64,000 bases of DNA from Octopus vulgaris (Eukaryota): the NCBI GenBank assembly GCA_951406725.2, contig OX597815.1, forward strand, positions 180,668,001 to 180,732,000, written 5' to 3'. The notes under the pieces are model-generated. The model had not been told where the DNA came from. It worked only from the letters and a program-made list of their open reading frames with translations, and searched no databases. The position numbers and the translations under genes were made by a program. Positions 49,824 through 62,940 of this stretch are shown here, piece after piece; position 1 is the first letter of the stretch; every line of letters begins with the position of its first letter.

Positions 49824-49894
49824 TTCCTATGCCGGTAATCGAACCCAGGTCGACTGAGTGAAAGCCATAGATCCTAACCTTTTGACCAAGAAGA
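49824..49894 (-). pseudogene. tRNA-Glu(TTC) pseudogene
   Basis: The minus strand reads TCTTCTTGGTCAAAAGGTTAGGATCTATGGCTTTCACTCAGTCGACCTGGGTTCGATTACCGGCATAGGAA, resembling eukaryotic tRNA-Glu. Acceptor and anticodon stems are mispaired. A TTTTT run lies 6 nt downstream. Confidence 0.65.
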
Positions 49895-50217
49895 CATATG
49901 ATCAAACATTCCAGCCATGACCATCCCGACTTACTTTCAGAAGACGTTTCCCGGTGAACATTATCTAATTTGACCTCCCATTTAAAAGAAGGCAATGATT
50001 TGAGACAAATTTAGCTGCTATTTTTAGCATATCGAACCAGGCACATAGAAGGCGTCTCGCCAGTTTGTTTACAGTTAGATATGTATGAATGGGTCAGGAA
50101 TTTCTCCAATATGACTCAACTTTGAATACTTGATGAGGTAACAATAGTGAGATCTTAAAAATGTCATAACCCAACCCCAGGTATGTGCGCGTGTGCGTAT
50201 ACACACACACACATACA

Positions 50218-50249
<32 letters not shown>

Positions 50250-50252
<3 letters not shown>

Positions 50253-50334
50253 CCTTCTTCCAATAATACTTTATTTGTTCCGCGTCCTCGCGTTGCTGTG
50301 TTTTTTGTTTTTTTGTGTTTTCTTGTTTGGATAA

Positions 50335-50338
<4 letters not shown>
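50250..50338 (+). mobile_element. Family E 3' fragment (no hammerhead)
   Basis: CCAATAATACTTTATTTGTTCCGCGTCCTCGCGTTGCTGTG...GTTTGGATAAAC followed by (TA)n. Matches 1130-1211. Confidence 0.65.
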
Positions 50339-50421
<83 letters not shown>

Positions 50422-50440
50422 GCATATATATATGCGTGTG

Positions 50441-50495
<55 letters not shown>

Positions 50496-51432
50496 GAAAA
50501 AAGCAACAAGAATGGATCAATATTTCGGTACAATTGTTTCGTACGAAGACATATATATATATATATATACACGTATATATAGCATAATATAATGCACACA
50601 CATAAATGTTGTTAGCATAGGCGCAGGAATGGCTGTGTTAAGTAGCTTGCTTACCAACTACATGGTTCCGGGTTCAGTTCAACTGCATGGCACCTTGGGC
50701 AAGTGTCTTCTGCTATAACCTCGGGCCCACCAAAGTCTTGTGAGTGGATTTGGTAGACGGAAACTGAAAGAAGCCCGTCGTATATATGTATATGAATATA
50801 TATGTATGTGTGTGTGTCCCAACATCGCTTGACAACCGATGCTGGTGTGTTTACGTCCCTGTAAAGTAACCGTCCGGCAAAATAGACCGATAGAATAAGT
50901 ACTGGGCTTACAAGGAATAAGTCATGGGGTCGATTTGCTCGACTAAAGTCGGTGCTCCAGTATGGCCGCAGTCATATGACTGAAACAAGTAAAAGAATGA
51001 AATAAGAAGAGAAGAACCATCTGATGTTTTTCAAATTTTCAGCAGATTATTTTCAAAAAATATACTTTCCATGTAGTTCCCATGTAGTTCCCATGTAGCA
51101 TGTTAGCGAAAATCACAACAATTTTTTTTGTTTTTGTTCTTTTAGCAATTAGTTTCAAGCATTTAAAGTTATACAATTTTATTCAATCGAAGGAGTCTAC
51201 TGCCAACATATCGAACGTCAGAAAACGAAGACAACATTTATAGGGTCCCTTGACTTCACAGAAATAGCAGCGAAATCTTCGTAAATCTACGCCATTTCGT
51301 CTAAAAAGCGACAAAGATGACACATTACAAAGCATAGTTGGAGGTATCATTTTTTTTTTCATTCCTAATCAGTGCAGCGATGCTCCATAATATGATCTTA
51401 AATTCACAGCGACATTAAATAGGTATTTTATA

Positions 51433-51806
51433 TCTATATACATAAATGTGTAATGGTGTCTGTGTGTGTGTGCTTGGAGTTCCTTTAACTCCTCTCGCAC
51501 TGTCCAACGGATTTTAATGATTTTTGGCACATAGGTAGATAACATGCCCTGAAGTTCAAATAAGACCGAAACTTTTTCGAAAACTCGAAAATGCCCAGTT
51601 GGCATCGATTTTTGTGAGCGCAATCGGGCGTTTGAATGGAAGTTCCCATAACGATGTTACTTTCCTGCTACTTTTGCATTTTTTCACGTTAAAATTTCAA
51701 CAAAATCGATGGAATAGTCTCTAAGGAAATGCTTATTTAATACAAGGTCAGAGGTGGGCATAACTTCAACATGGAAAACCCGAGCAACGCCGGGTCCAAC
51801 AGCTAG
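51433..51806 (+). mobile_element. Non-autonomous Helitron
   Basis: A|TCTATATACATAAATG...CCCGAGCAACGCCGGG (51779-51794)...CTAG|T. Confidence 0.8.
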
Positions 51807-52059
51807 TATAATCATAGACACAACACAGAACACTTGTTTTGTAATTTATACATAAAATGTATATTTATCATTACTATAGACACAAGGCGACAAGCTGTCA
51901 GAACCGTTAACTCGCTGGACGAAATGCTTAGCGGTATTTCGTCCGTCTTTACGTTCTGAGTTCAAATTTCGCCGAGACTGACTTTACCTTTCATCCTTTC
52001 GGGGTCGATGAAGTAAGTATCAATCAAACACCAACTATTTCTTTGTATCTCCTATTCTA

Positions 52060-53645
52060 CACAAAGAATATTACAAATACCTAGGTATTGATGAAAATAT
52101 ATTATACGAAGATGATTTTTAAAAAAAGTAGAGAGACCTGAAAATACTATACCAAACATAGAAAAATATGGTATTATCCGGCGCTCTCCTCTTACAAGAA
52201 AATGCCCGACAAGTACTAGTGCTGTTACCAACATCTAGGATACTCGAATGGTCTGTAAAGGAAATCCACTCCATAGATATTAAAACCCGCAAGATCCTGA
52301 CATGAACAGGAGACTTTCACAGAAATAGTGATACCGACAGCCTCTACTAAAGAAGAGGCGAAGGAGGTAGAAGCTTGAGATCCCTACAGACAGCCTTCGA
52401 ATGCCGTGTAGTGTCTCTCAGGTGGTACCTGCTAAACAACAGCAAAAATAAATCTATAAACCTAAAACTGAAAATCAAAAAGAACAACATCGTACGAGTC
52501 AGCAGTAAACTTCACGATTACTCTCTTCCTCACGACCTTCCGTACAATTCCAATAACGGCTGGACTAACGTACCTCGAAGGAGAGCTGAATGTAAAATAC
52601 TCAACATGCTCAGACCAAAAAAAAAGACTATACTGGGGAACGTTTCACGAAGACTTGGAAAAGACAGTAATATCTTTCTACTATAGGCACAAGGGCTGAA
52701 ATTTGTGGGGAGTGGTGGAGCCTAGTCAATTATATCGATCCCGGCGCTCATCTGGTACTTATTTCATCGATCTCGAAAGGATGAAAGGCAAAGCTGACCT
52801 CATCGAAATTTGAACTCAAACCGTAAAGATAGACGAAATACCGCTAAGCATTTTGTTCGACGTGTTAACCATTCTGTCAGAGCTCCGCCGTGGTGGGGTG
52901 TATTATTGATATAAAGTGCAGCGTTTTTTTTTCTTTCTGACAAACCACTTATACAACCCACTTTGAAGGCCATGCGTTTGCAACCCAAGAATAGAAGATT
53001 GCTACGAAATACCTCATGAACGAAAGAATCAGAGAAGCCCTTGGAGCTCAAAGATTTAACTGAAAATATCGATTATGTCCCATTTCTATAGCAAACCGCT
53101 ACCCTAAAATCTGATTAGTAGCTGCCCAAAACTGTCATCAAGTTACTACTTCTCAATGCGATATGACGTTGTTGCTAAAACAATACACAATGGTATCCGA
53201 TAAAAGGACTGTCCTCCTGGGTAAGTAAGGATAATCTTGCTGCTATTAAATACGTACACAAGCATAAATAAAGACAAAAGATATTGGTGGGACATTCCCA
53301 TCAAAACTTCTACTAAGGGCAAACGTAAACGGGTTGTATTTAGTTGTTTGAACAAGAAAAAGTACGTACACTCATAAAGGACATCTCCCCTACTGTTAGG
53401 GATATATCCCTTCGAAAATCGAAGAGAAAGGGGGTAATTACAGATAAAGGTTCGAAACCTTCAGATTATGAATTCACATTTATACCTATAATAATTGGTG
53501 CGATTCGTTTTGAGAGTAAATGCCTAAGTCACAAATGGAATGGCTAAAATTTTCAGAAAAAGAAATCAACCAGCAAAGACGCACATTACAAATAAAATCT
53601 GAAAGGGGAACAATAAAAATATGCAAGACTTTCTCAAGTTCATCA
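52060..53645 (+). mobile_element. Decayed R4/Dong-like non-LTR retrotransposon (RT thumb, zinc knuckle, RLE endonuclease), interrupted by a SINE
   Basis: Remnants ILEWSVKEIHSIDIKTRKILT*TGDFHRNSDTDSLY*RRGEGGRSL, ISSCPKLSS..YDVVAKTIH, YWWDIPIKT, IPIIIGA, LQIKSERGTIKICKTF. A SINE is inserted at ~52670-52890. Confidence 0.75.
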
Positions 53646-53944
53646 TGTGTTATTGTTTTTGTTATCTATATTACAGCGATGGTGCTTTGTATCTTTGTTA
53701 GAAACCAGCTTTTCCTTGCAGGAAGGATCCAGATAATTCAAACAGAAGAGAAAATACATACATATACATCTGGCATCGATTGACAAAATTGGTAAAGAGC
53801 AGGCTTAGTAGTTGTCATTGAATAACCCAGAACAACTCCGATTGAGAAGCCAGTTGATCAAACCTGTTCCATTCATAGTCTTCTCATCTTTTTTTTTCAG
53901 ACATAATACCTTCCTACTTTATTTAATATTGCCTTCCTTTTTTT

Positions 53945-54347
53945 AAGGTGGCGAGCTGGCAGAAACGTTAGCACGCCGGGAGAAATGCGTAGCCATATTT
54001 CGTCTGCCGCTACGTTCTGAGTTCAAATTCCGCCGAGGTCGACTTTGCCTTTCATCCTTTCGGGGTCGATTAAATAAGTACCAGTTACGCACTGGGGTCG
54101 ATATAATCGACTTAATCCGTTTGTCTGTCCTTGTTTGTCCTCTCTGTGTTAAGCCCCTTGTGTGGGTAGTAAAGAAATAGGTATTTCGTCTGTCTTTACG
54201 TTCTGAGTTCAAATTCCGCCGAGGTCGACTTTGCTTTTCAGCCTTTTGGAGTCGATAAATTAAGTACCAATTGTGTACTGGGGTCGATCTAATCGACTGG
54301 CCCCCCTCCACCCAAAATTTCGAGCTTTGTGTCTAAAGTAGAAAAGA
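53945..54347 (+). mobile_element. Dimeric SINE family B copy with ~19-bp TSD
   Basis: Flanked by AATATTGCCTTC(C/T)TTTTTT at 53925 and 54347. Confidence 0.85.
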
Positions 54348-55559
54348 ATATTGCCTTCTTTTTTTTTTTAAATCAACAGTGACTGATTTGAAGGAGGTCT
54401 GCATACGATTCCTAGCAGCTTGAACGACCACACAGAAGCTTACGTCGTTGACTCGAGCGAACGACGGGTTATCAGAAAAAGGATAGAACGTCTGATCTAG
54501 TCATTTAAAGGATTTAGCTTTGAGTTCAAATTCAACTGATGCCAACTTTACCTTTCAATGGTATCGATGGAATCAGTCATGTCTTTCTACAAAACGTGTG
54601 ATCTAGAGTCAACGTAAGAACCCAATGGTTATCAACTGAAACGCATGCGAATGTGTATACTCAACGTTTTTTTTTTTATCTGATCCCTCATATACTTTGC
54701 TCTTTATATCCCTTCAGCTTATAAGGAATAATATATTCAATTCTCCTCAATACGTTATAAGTACATATTTATTTCACAAGATGAAAGACAACTTAGAAAT
54801 TTGAACTAAATAAAAATGGAAAACAGAGACAAGACCAACACTTGGATGTATTTCTTCTAGAATTCAATCGTGGAGGCGCAATGGCCCAGTGGTGAGTGCA
54901 GCGGATTCGCTGTCGTTGGATCGTGGTTTCGATTCCCAGACAGGGTGTGGTGAGTGTTTATTGAGCAAAAACGGGTAAAGCTCCACAAGGCTCCGGTAGG
55001 GAGTGGTGGCGAACCCTGTTGTACTCTTTCGCCACAACTTTCTCTCACTCTTTCTTCTTGTTTCTGTTGTACCTGTATTTCAAAGGGGTGGCTTTGTCAC
55101 ACTCTGTGTCACGCTGAATCTCCCCACCAAGAACTACGTCAAGGGTACACGTGTCTGTGGAGTGCTCAGCCACTCGCACTTTAATTTCCCGAGCAGGCTG
55201 TTCCGTTGATCGGATCAACTGAAACCCTCGTCGTCGTAACCGATGGAGTGCCACGAGTACTCAAACTATTCTCACAGACCACCTTCGAATCGTTTCAGAT
55301 GAGAAAAAAATGGAGGAAATGGCGCATAAATACGGCAATAGATTGTAAAGAAGCAGGGTGAAAAGCAAAAAGCGGATGATGACTTGGAATTCATCGCTGA
55401 ATATAAGATTCATAAAAGATTGTTCCGTTCCCGAGAATCTGTCGTATGTTAGCTCTCTTAATTATTCTCTTTTATATATTTAGTGACCAGCGCGCCACCA
55501 AAACCTCTCAGCATGTCTGAAATGAGGTGCATTGATGTTTATTTGGTTCAACCCAGCAA

Positions 55560-56380
55560 TTTTGGGAGAGGGAGTAAGTGGATTACATCGGCCCCAGTGC
55601 CCAACTGGTACTTATTTTATCGATCCCTGAAGGAATTAAAGGCATAGTTGACCTCGGTGGAATTTGAACTCAAAATCTAAAGACAAATGAAGTGTCACTA
55701 AGCATTTTGCCCGGCGTGCTGACGACTTTGCCAACTCGCCGCCTTAACTGACTCAAATACTCTTTTCTGCTCTAGGTGCAAGGCCCGAAATTTTTGGGAA
55801 GAGGGCCAGTCGATAAGATCGACACCAGTGCGCAGCTGGTACTTAATTTATCGACCCCGAAAGGATAAAAAGCAATGTAGACCTCAGCGGAATTTGAACT
55901 CAGAACGTAAAAGACAGACGAAATACTACTTAGCATTTCGCCCGGCGTGCTAACGTTTCTTTTTTCTTTATTGCCCTCAAAGGGCTAAACATAGAGAGGA
56001 CAAACAAGGACAGATAAAGGGATTAAGTCGATTACATCGACCCCAGTGCGTAACTGGTACTTAATTTATCGACCTCGAAAGGATGAAAGGCAAAGTAGAC
56101 CTCAGCGGAATTTTGAACTCAAAACGTAAAAGCAGACGAAATACCTATTTCTTTATTACCCACAAGGGGCTAAACACAGAGGGGACAAACAAGGACAGAC
56201 AAAGGGATTAAGTCGATTACATCGACCCCAGTGCTTAACTGGTACTTAATTTATCGACCTCGAAAGGATGAAAGGCAAAGTCGACCTCAGCGGAATTTTG
56301 AACTCAGAACGTAAAGACAGACGAAATACCGCTAAACATTTCACCCGGCGTACGAACGTTTCTGCCAGCTCGCTGCCTTT
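55560..56380 (-). mobile_element. SINE family B array
   Basis: Four body units. Similar arrays are at 57800-58620 (-), 60175-60580 and 62220-62750. Confidence 0.85.
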
Positions 56381-56956
56381 CAACTGAAAACAGAATATTA
56401 ATCCCTGTTGTATTAAATATATTAACCTAAATATATTCTCTATTTAATTTAGCTTGTTTTACTAAAGCTATACTAATAAACATATTTCCAAGTATAATTT
56501 GTTTACACTCGTTAAATTAAAAAAGAAAAAAGAAAACGAAGGCAATTTGCTAATGTATTTCGTAAAACATTCAAATGAGCTGTTTAATAGCTGCATCACA
56601 GTTACATAACATTTAAGTCTTAATTAATTATACATAATTTTTGTTGTTGACAAATCACCGTAAACTTATAATACCAAACTAATCTCAACAAACAAACACT
56701 AACGTATAAACCGTAATACTACTACTACTACTACTACTACTTATAATAGTACTAAATTATTGTTGTTGTTGTTATTAATATTATTATTATTAGGCGCAAG
56801 AGTGGATGTGTAAGTAAGTAGTATGCTTACCCACCACATAGTTCCGTGTTCAGTTCCACTGCGTAGCACCTTGGGCAGTTGTCTTCTGCTTATAGCCTCG
56901 GGGCGACCAAAGCCTTCTGAGTGGATGTGGTAGACGGAAACTGAAAGAAGCTCGTC

Positions 56957-57004
<48 letters not shown>

Positions 57005-57340
57005 TTGTCCCCCAACATCGCTTGACAACCGATGCTGGTGTGTTTACACCCCCGTAACTTAGCGGTTCGGCAAAAGAGACCGATAGAATAAGTATTAGGC
57101 TTACAAGGATTAAGTCCTGGGGTCGATTTGCTCGACTAAAGACGGTGCTCCAGCATGGCCGAAACAAATAAAAGAATAATAATTATTATTTTTACAATGG
57201 TACACGATTACATATTTGTTGAAGAAGACTGCAGTAGATGAAATCTACCCTCGTAAATTATGGTATTTATTTGATACACGTAAGAGAGGTGAAGAAGAAA
57301 AGCAACCACAAATGCAGTTGGGCCCTCTCACAGCCTAGAA

Positions 57341-57691
57341 CAAGCATAGGCAACTTTTGTCCGAGAAGTGGGCCGCATGAGACATTGCTCATCATCAGGT
57401 AGTCCGCATGAATCATAGCTCAGCATTAGGTGGGCCGCATGAGACATAGCTCATCATCAGGTGGGCCGCATGAGATACTGATCAGTATGAGGTGGGCCGC
57501 ATGAGACATAGATCAGCACTAGGTGGGCCGCATGAGACACTGATCAGCGTTAGGTGGGCCGCATGAGGCATAGCTCAGTATGAGGTGGGCCGCACTACTA
57601 CAAAAATTCAAGGTAATTTTCGTGATGCGGGCCATTGACAGAAGTCCCGTGGGCTGCACGCGGTCCGTGGTCCGCAGTTTTCCTATAACTG
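57341..57691. mobile_element. hAT MITE containing a 31-bp minisatellite
   Basis: Ends CAAGCATAGGCAAC and GTTTTCCTATAACTG. TSD GCCTAGAA and GTGTAGAA. About 7.5 units of AGGTGGGCCGCATGAGACATAGCTCAGCATT at 57366-57593. Confidence 0.7.
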
Positions 57692-59506
57692 GTGTAGAAT
57701 TAGGAGGCGCAAAACAGAGTTCCTGAATGCAATAAGGCGTTAAGTCCATTCCCATTGTTTATAATATGCCACTGAACAAATCATCCTTTCTATTATAAAC
57801 AGAAGGCTAGCAATTTCGAGGATGGGGCTAAGTCGATTACATCGACCTCAGTGCGTAACTGGTACTTATTCTATCGACTCCAAAGGGATGAATTGCAAAG
57901 TTGATCTCGGCTGAATTTGAACTTAGAACGTAAAGGCGGACGAAATGCTGCTAAGTATTTTGTCCGGTATGCTAACGATTTTGCCAGCTCGCCGACTGTT
58001 CCCCTAGCCACCTGGTTTGAAATTATGGAACAGATCCAGCAAAGTCGGAGCAGGGATTTAAGTCGATGACGTCGACCCCAGTGCTCCAATGGTACTAATC
58101 TCATCGACTCCGAAAGGATGGAAGGCAAAGTCCACCTCGGCGGAATTTGAACTCAACGTAACGGCAGACGAAATACCGCTAAACATTTCGCCCGCCATGC
58201 CAGTGTTTCTGTCAGCTCGCCACCTAGAAGAATCTTTTCTACTCTATGCACAAGGCCCGAAATTTTGAGGGAGGGGCCAATCGATTAGATTGAGCCTAGT
58301 AGGCAACTGGTACTTAATTTATTGACCCCGAAAGAATGAAAGGTGAAGTCGACCTCGGTGGAACCTGAACTCGTAAAGACAGACGAAATACCTATTTCTT
58401 TACTACCCACAAGGGGCTAAACACTGAGAGGGCAAACAAGGACAGACAAACGGATTAAGTCGATTATATCGACCCCAGGCGTAATTGGTACTTATTTAAT
58501 CGACCCCGAAAGGATGAAAGGCAAAGTCGACCTTGGCGGAATTTGAACTCAGAACTTAACGGGAGACGAAATACAGCTAAGCATTTCGCCCGGCGTGCAA
58601 AAGTTTCTGCCAGCTCGCCTAAGAAGTAAACATTCTGATTTTGTCATTTCGCTACTGGTTGCTGAGAGACACTTTTCTGAAAACCTAGAAAACACTAGAA
58701 ATTAAGGAAAATATTAAACAGTTTTATCAAAGTAGTCTTATCAAGTAACTATAAACACACCTTGTCGATGCTATCAACATTTCCCCTGGATGAACCCACA
58801 GAGAAGTTCAATAATTACTTCCTTTCAGATATGGAACTATTATACTTTACGTGAAGGCGCGTGGCTTAGTGGTTAGGGTATTCGGCTCACGATCGTAAGG
58901 TCATGAGTTCAATCCCTGGCGGCGCATTGTGTTCTTGAACATGATACTTTATTTATTTTACGTTGCTCCAGTCCACTCAGCTGGCAAAAATGAGTTGTAC
59001 ATGTTGTTCAAATCCCAGCTTTGTCACACTCTGTGTTACTTTGAATCTCCATGAGATAAGGCCAGCAAATTCGGGGCAGGGATTGAGTCGATTTCATCGA
59101 CCCCTTTGCTCAAATGGTACTTATTTTATCGTCCCCGCACAAACGATTCTGCCGCCTTAAACGAAGTTTGTGATATTAACTAAAAGTATGGCGGCGAGCT
59201 GCTTTATGCCGGAATTGTTTGCGGCATTTCGTTCATCTTTGCGTTCTGAGTTTAAATTCCTCCGTGGTCGACTTTCGGGGTCGATAAAATAAATACCATT
59301 TGAGCTCTGGGGTCGATCTAATCGACTTAGCCAAAATTTGGTGGTCTTAACGAGTCTGCCAGTTCTTAGACGAGCGGGCCGCAGCTCGTCCGACTTTACA
59401 TTCTGATGACTTGTAAGACACGTAGTATTTCACTAGGCAAACCTTATATACTATAAAGTATCTTAAATGTTTTTATAAGTCAACACCATGTTCTACTGTG
59501 TTAGCA

Positions 59507-59930
59507 GTGCTCTTTACATTATCTCATCCCCATTAAAAAATTGCCATTAAAAAATTGGGCTATCTCCCCATTAAAAAGTTGAGTTTGTGTGGCGACAAGA
59601 GATTGGATTAAAAGAGTTAGACCCTTTTGATTCAATACTTCAACACATTGTTGACTTTTGGTCCCCTAAATAGGAATGGTATGATTTGTTATAAAAATGT
59701 TATTAGATTCAATAAGATGTTTAATTTTTTTTCCGTTTTGTGTGATTTGTTATAAAAATATTATCAGATCCAAAACGACGTTTCGTTTTTTCACTTTTTA
59801 TGTTTATTGATTTTTACATTTTGTTTGTTTGTTTGTTTTATTGGGGGTTAAACAATTTTTTAGTTGAAGAAGATAACCAAAAGTACCGATATTTCTCGTA
59901 AAACGGGTGGGAGATAACCAAAAAGCACCC
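59507..59930. mobile_element. Second copy of the 38321 MITE, opposite orientation
   Basis: Reverse-complement match over ~400 bp (GTGGCGACAAGAGATTGGATTAAAA; CCGATATTTCTCGTAAAACGGG). Confidence 0.7.
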
Positions 59931-59967
59931 TTTTTACATTATTTTATGAAGGTTCTTTCTATAGATA

Positions 59968-60169
59968 TTCCATAGAAATTATAGCCAGCACTGATTCTTT
60001 TTGCTCCAATGTTTTGTATCGAGACGTCAGATGTAAAGAAAGACCCTCCAAAATATGGCACACACCCATTACCCGTTTTTGTTTCTGATCTCATTGTGTG
60101 TTTTACATCTGATGTCTCGATACGAAACATTGGAGCAAAAGAACATTGCTGGTTATAATTTCTGTAGAA
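59968..60169. repeat. ~70-bp inverted repeat with ~65-bp spacer (MITE-like hairpin)
   Basis: AGAAATTATAGCCAGCA...TGCTCCAATGTTTTGTATCGAGACGTCAGATGTAAA pairs with TTTACATCTGATGTCTCGATACGAAACATTGGAGCA...TGCTGGTTATAATTTCT. Confidence 0.8.
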
Positions 60170-61916
60170 ATAACCTATTTCTTTACTACCCACAAGGGGC
60201 TAAACACAGAGGAGACAAACGAGGACAGACAAACGGAGTAAGTCGATTACATCGACCCCAGTGCGTAACTGGTTCTTAATTTATCGACCCCGAAAGGATG
60301 AAAGGCAAAGTCAACCTCAGCGGAATTTGAACTCAGAACGTAACGGCAGACGAAATACGGCTACGCATTTCGTCCGGCGTGCTAACGGTTCTGCCAGCTC
60401 GCCTAACAAAATAATTTACATTCTGAGTTGAGATTCCGCTGAGGCCAACTTCGCCTTTCATTTTTCGGGGTCGATAGAATGCGTACGTACCACTTGAGCA
60501 CTGGGGTCGATGTCATCGATTTATCCCACCCCAGCTCCACCGAAACTGCTGGCCTTGTGCCAAAAGTTGAAGCCAATATTATAGTAGAATAGTGTAAGAG
60601 TTAATTTGCAACACTTCAGCACGATTGCTTTTTGTTTGGAAAACTTAGAATATTGAGAACACTATAAACCGAGACATAGAAATCAGAAATTCTTGACTGA
60701 CTGGCTATAAATGCCAACCACTTGATCTTCACTTGACATAAAAAAATATTTTAAAAAGGCTGTGGTTGTCCTGTTGTTCAACTCAAGTTGTTATCACACC
60801 CATAAGCTACTTCATAAATGCTTCATGTTTTTTTGTGTCAATATCTGATAACATTATTAGTGCGTGAGAATACTGGTGTGCGTTGGTGCTGGCGGCAGTG
60901 GTGGAGACAGCGACGGCGGCGGCGGTGGTGGCGTTGGTGATGATGCTGGTGATGTTAGTAGTGGTAGTGGTGGTGGTGGTGTTTCTACTGCTGTTGCTGG
61001 TGGATGTAGGTAACTAACACTGGGTGGCAGTGATGGTAGCTATGGAAGAATATGTGTTAGTGGTTTTCGGTTGGTGGTGGAGATGAGGATTTTTTGTGGT
61101 GGGAGGATGTAGAGACTATTTGGTGCTCCTTTCGATTCTCATTCTAAGTATCATTCACTTTTCTCAACTCACTTCTCTTCAGACCCATCATAAGAAGGAA
61201 TTATTATTATTATGTCTATCATTCTTAGGGAATTCCATCCAATCAGAACCTGGCCTCTTCTACTCCTTTCCCTTTTAAACTCCTTTTTCTCTTCCGCTTT
61301 TGTCTTATCCTCTCCTCCTCCCTCACCCACCACCTCGTCCTCGTCCCCTCCCCGGCCCTTCATCATTCCCTCCCCCTCTTCTCTTTCCTCTGTTTCTCTT
61401 CGCTTCCCTCTTCTCATCATCACCGTCGTCCTCCCCCTCCTCATCATCACCGTCATCATGATCATCATCATCATCATCAGCAGCAGCAGCAAAAATAGCA
61501 TCAGCAACAGCAGCAGCAACAGCAGCAGCAGCATTGACAATGGAAATAGCAGAAATGGTAAGGGCGCCAAACTAAATAATGCCTTGTAGCATTTCGGTAA
61601 ATCTTATTTTGCGTTCAGTATTCAATTCCCACAAACGTTTAACTTCGCTTTCATTGACCCCCGGATTTGGTAAATGAATACCAGTAATATACTGTTCCTA
61701 TTCAAAAGACTACACCCTTCACTTTTGTCCCATATTAAAAACCTCATCTTCCTCCTCCTCCTCTGTATCAACGCCATCGCATTAACTGATTAAATAGATC
61801 CACAATACTTGATTGATATTTCATTTTATCGACTAAAAAAAAAAATTACAAGATGAAACGCAAAGTTGGCTTTGGGCGGGTTCCAACTCTCAACGTAGAA
61901 AACCTTGTTATTGATG

Positions 61917-61977
<61 letters not shown>

Positions 61978-62940
61978 TAATAATAACAACGACGACGACA
62001 ACAACAACAACACTAATCGAACTGTAATGGTGGTGCTTAATAATTGGTGCGTTGGGAAGGGTGAGCGAAGATATAGAGAAATGGCTGAAGGACACTGAAA
62101 TAGAATGCCCGGTAGAGTTTTTACAAAAAGTTTGTCTCTTAAGGGACTGCAAGAATCATCAGGAGGGTTCTAAGCACTGGAAAGGCAGTAGAAAACTTGT
62201 GGATGCCTAAGGTTACTACGGGCGAAATGCTTAGCGGTATTTCGTCTGTCGTTACGTTCTGAGTTCAAATTCCGCCGAGGTCGACTTTGCCTTTCATCCT
62301 TTCGGGGTCGATAAATAAAGTACCAGTTTCGCACTGGGGTCGATGTAATCGACTTAATCCCTATGTCTGTCCTTGTTTGTCCCCTCTATGTTTAGCCCCT
62401 TGTGGGGCTAAAGTACCAATTTCGCACTGGGGTCGATTTAATCGACTTAATCCCTTTGTCTGTCCTCGTTTGTCCCCTCTGTGTGTAGCCCCTCATAATT
62501 CCTACCAGAAATAAGATCGAGCCAAGTAAAAATAATAATGGTTTCAAATTTTGGCACAAGGCCGGTAATTTGGGGGGGGGAAGAGACTAAATCGATTACA
62601 TCAATCCCTGAACTCAATTGGTATTTATTTTATTGACTCTGAAAGGACGAAAGGCAAAGTCGACCTCGGTGGAATTTAAACTCAGAACGTAAAAGACGGA
62701 CGAAATGCCGCTAAGCATTTTATCCGAGGTCCAATTCCTGCCAACTTGCCGCGGTAAATGATATTAGAAATATATTGCCCTTTGCAGGTGGTCAAGGTAG
62801 CTTATTTTAGAGTGCGTTCGATCTGGAAGTATAAGCTCTACGGTTCGCTTCTTGGTTTGAGCAGGTCTCAGTCCTTTCACCAATCAAAATCATATCGAAA
62901 CTGTTGTTTCACTGAGTTAGGAGAAGTGATAAAAGAGATA

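Noticed and set aside
57366-57593. CRISPR-like regular repeat
   Set aside because: The variable halves are homologous to each other and too short for spacers. The array lies in a hAT MITE in eukaryotic DNA with no cas genes.
61169-61589. Overlapping 125-133 aa ORFs
   Set aside because: Low-complexity (CCT)/(CAT)/(CAG) tracts with non-ATG starts and no domain.
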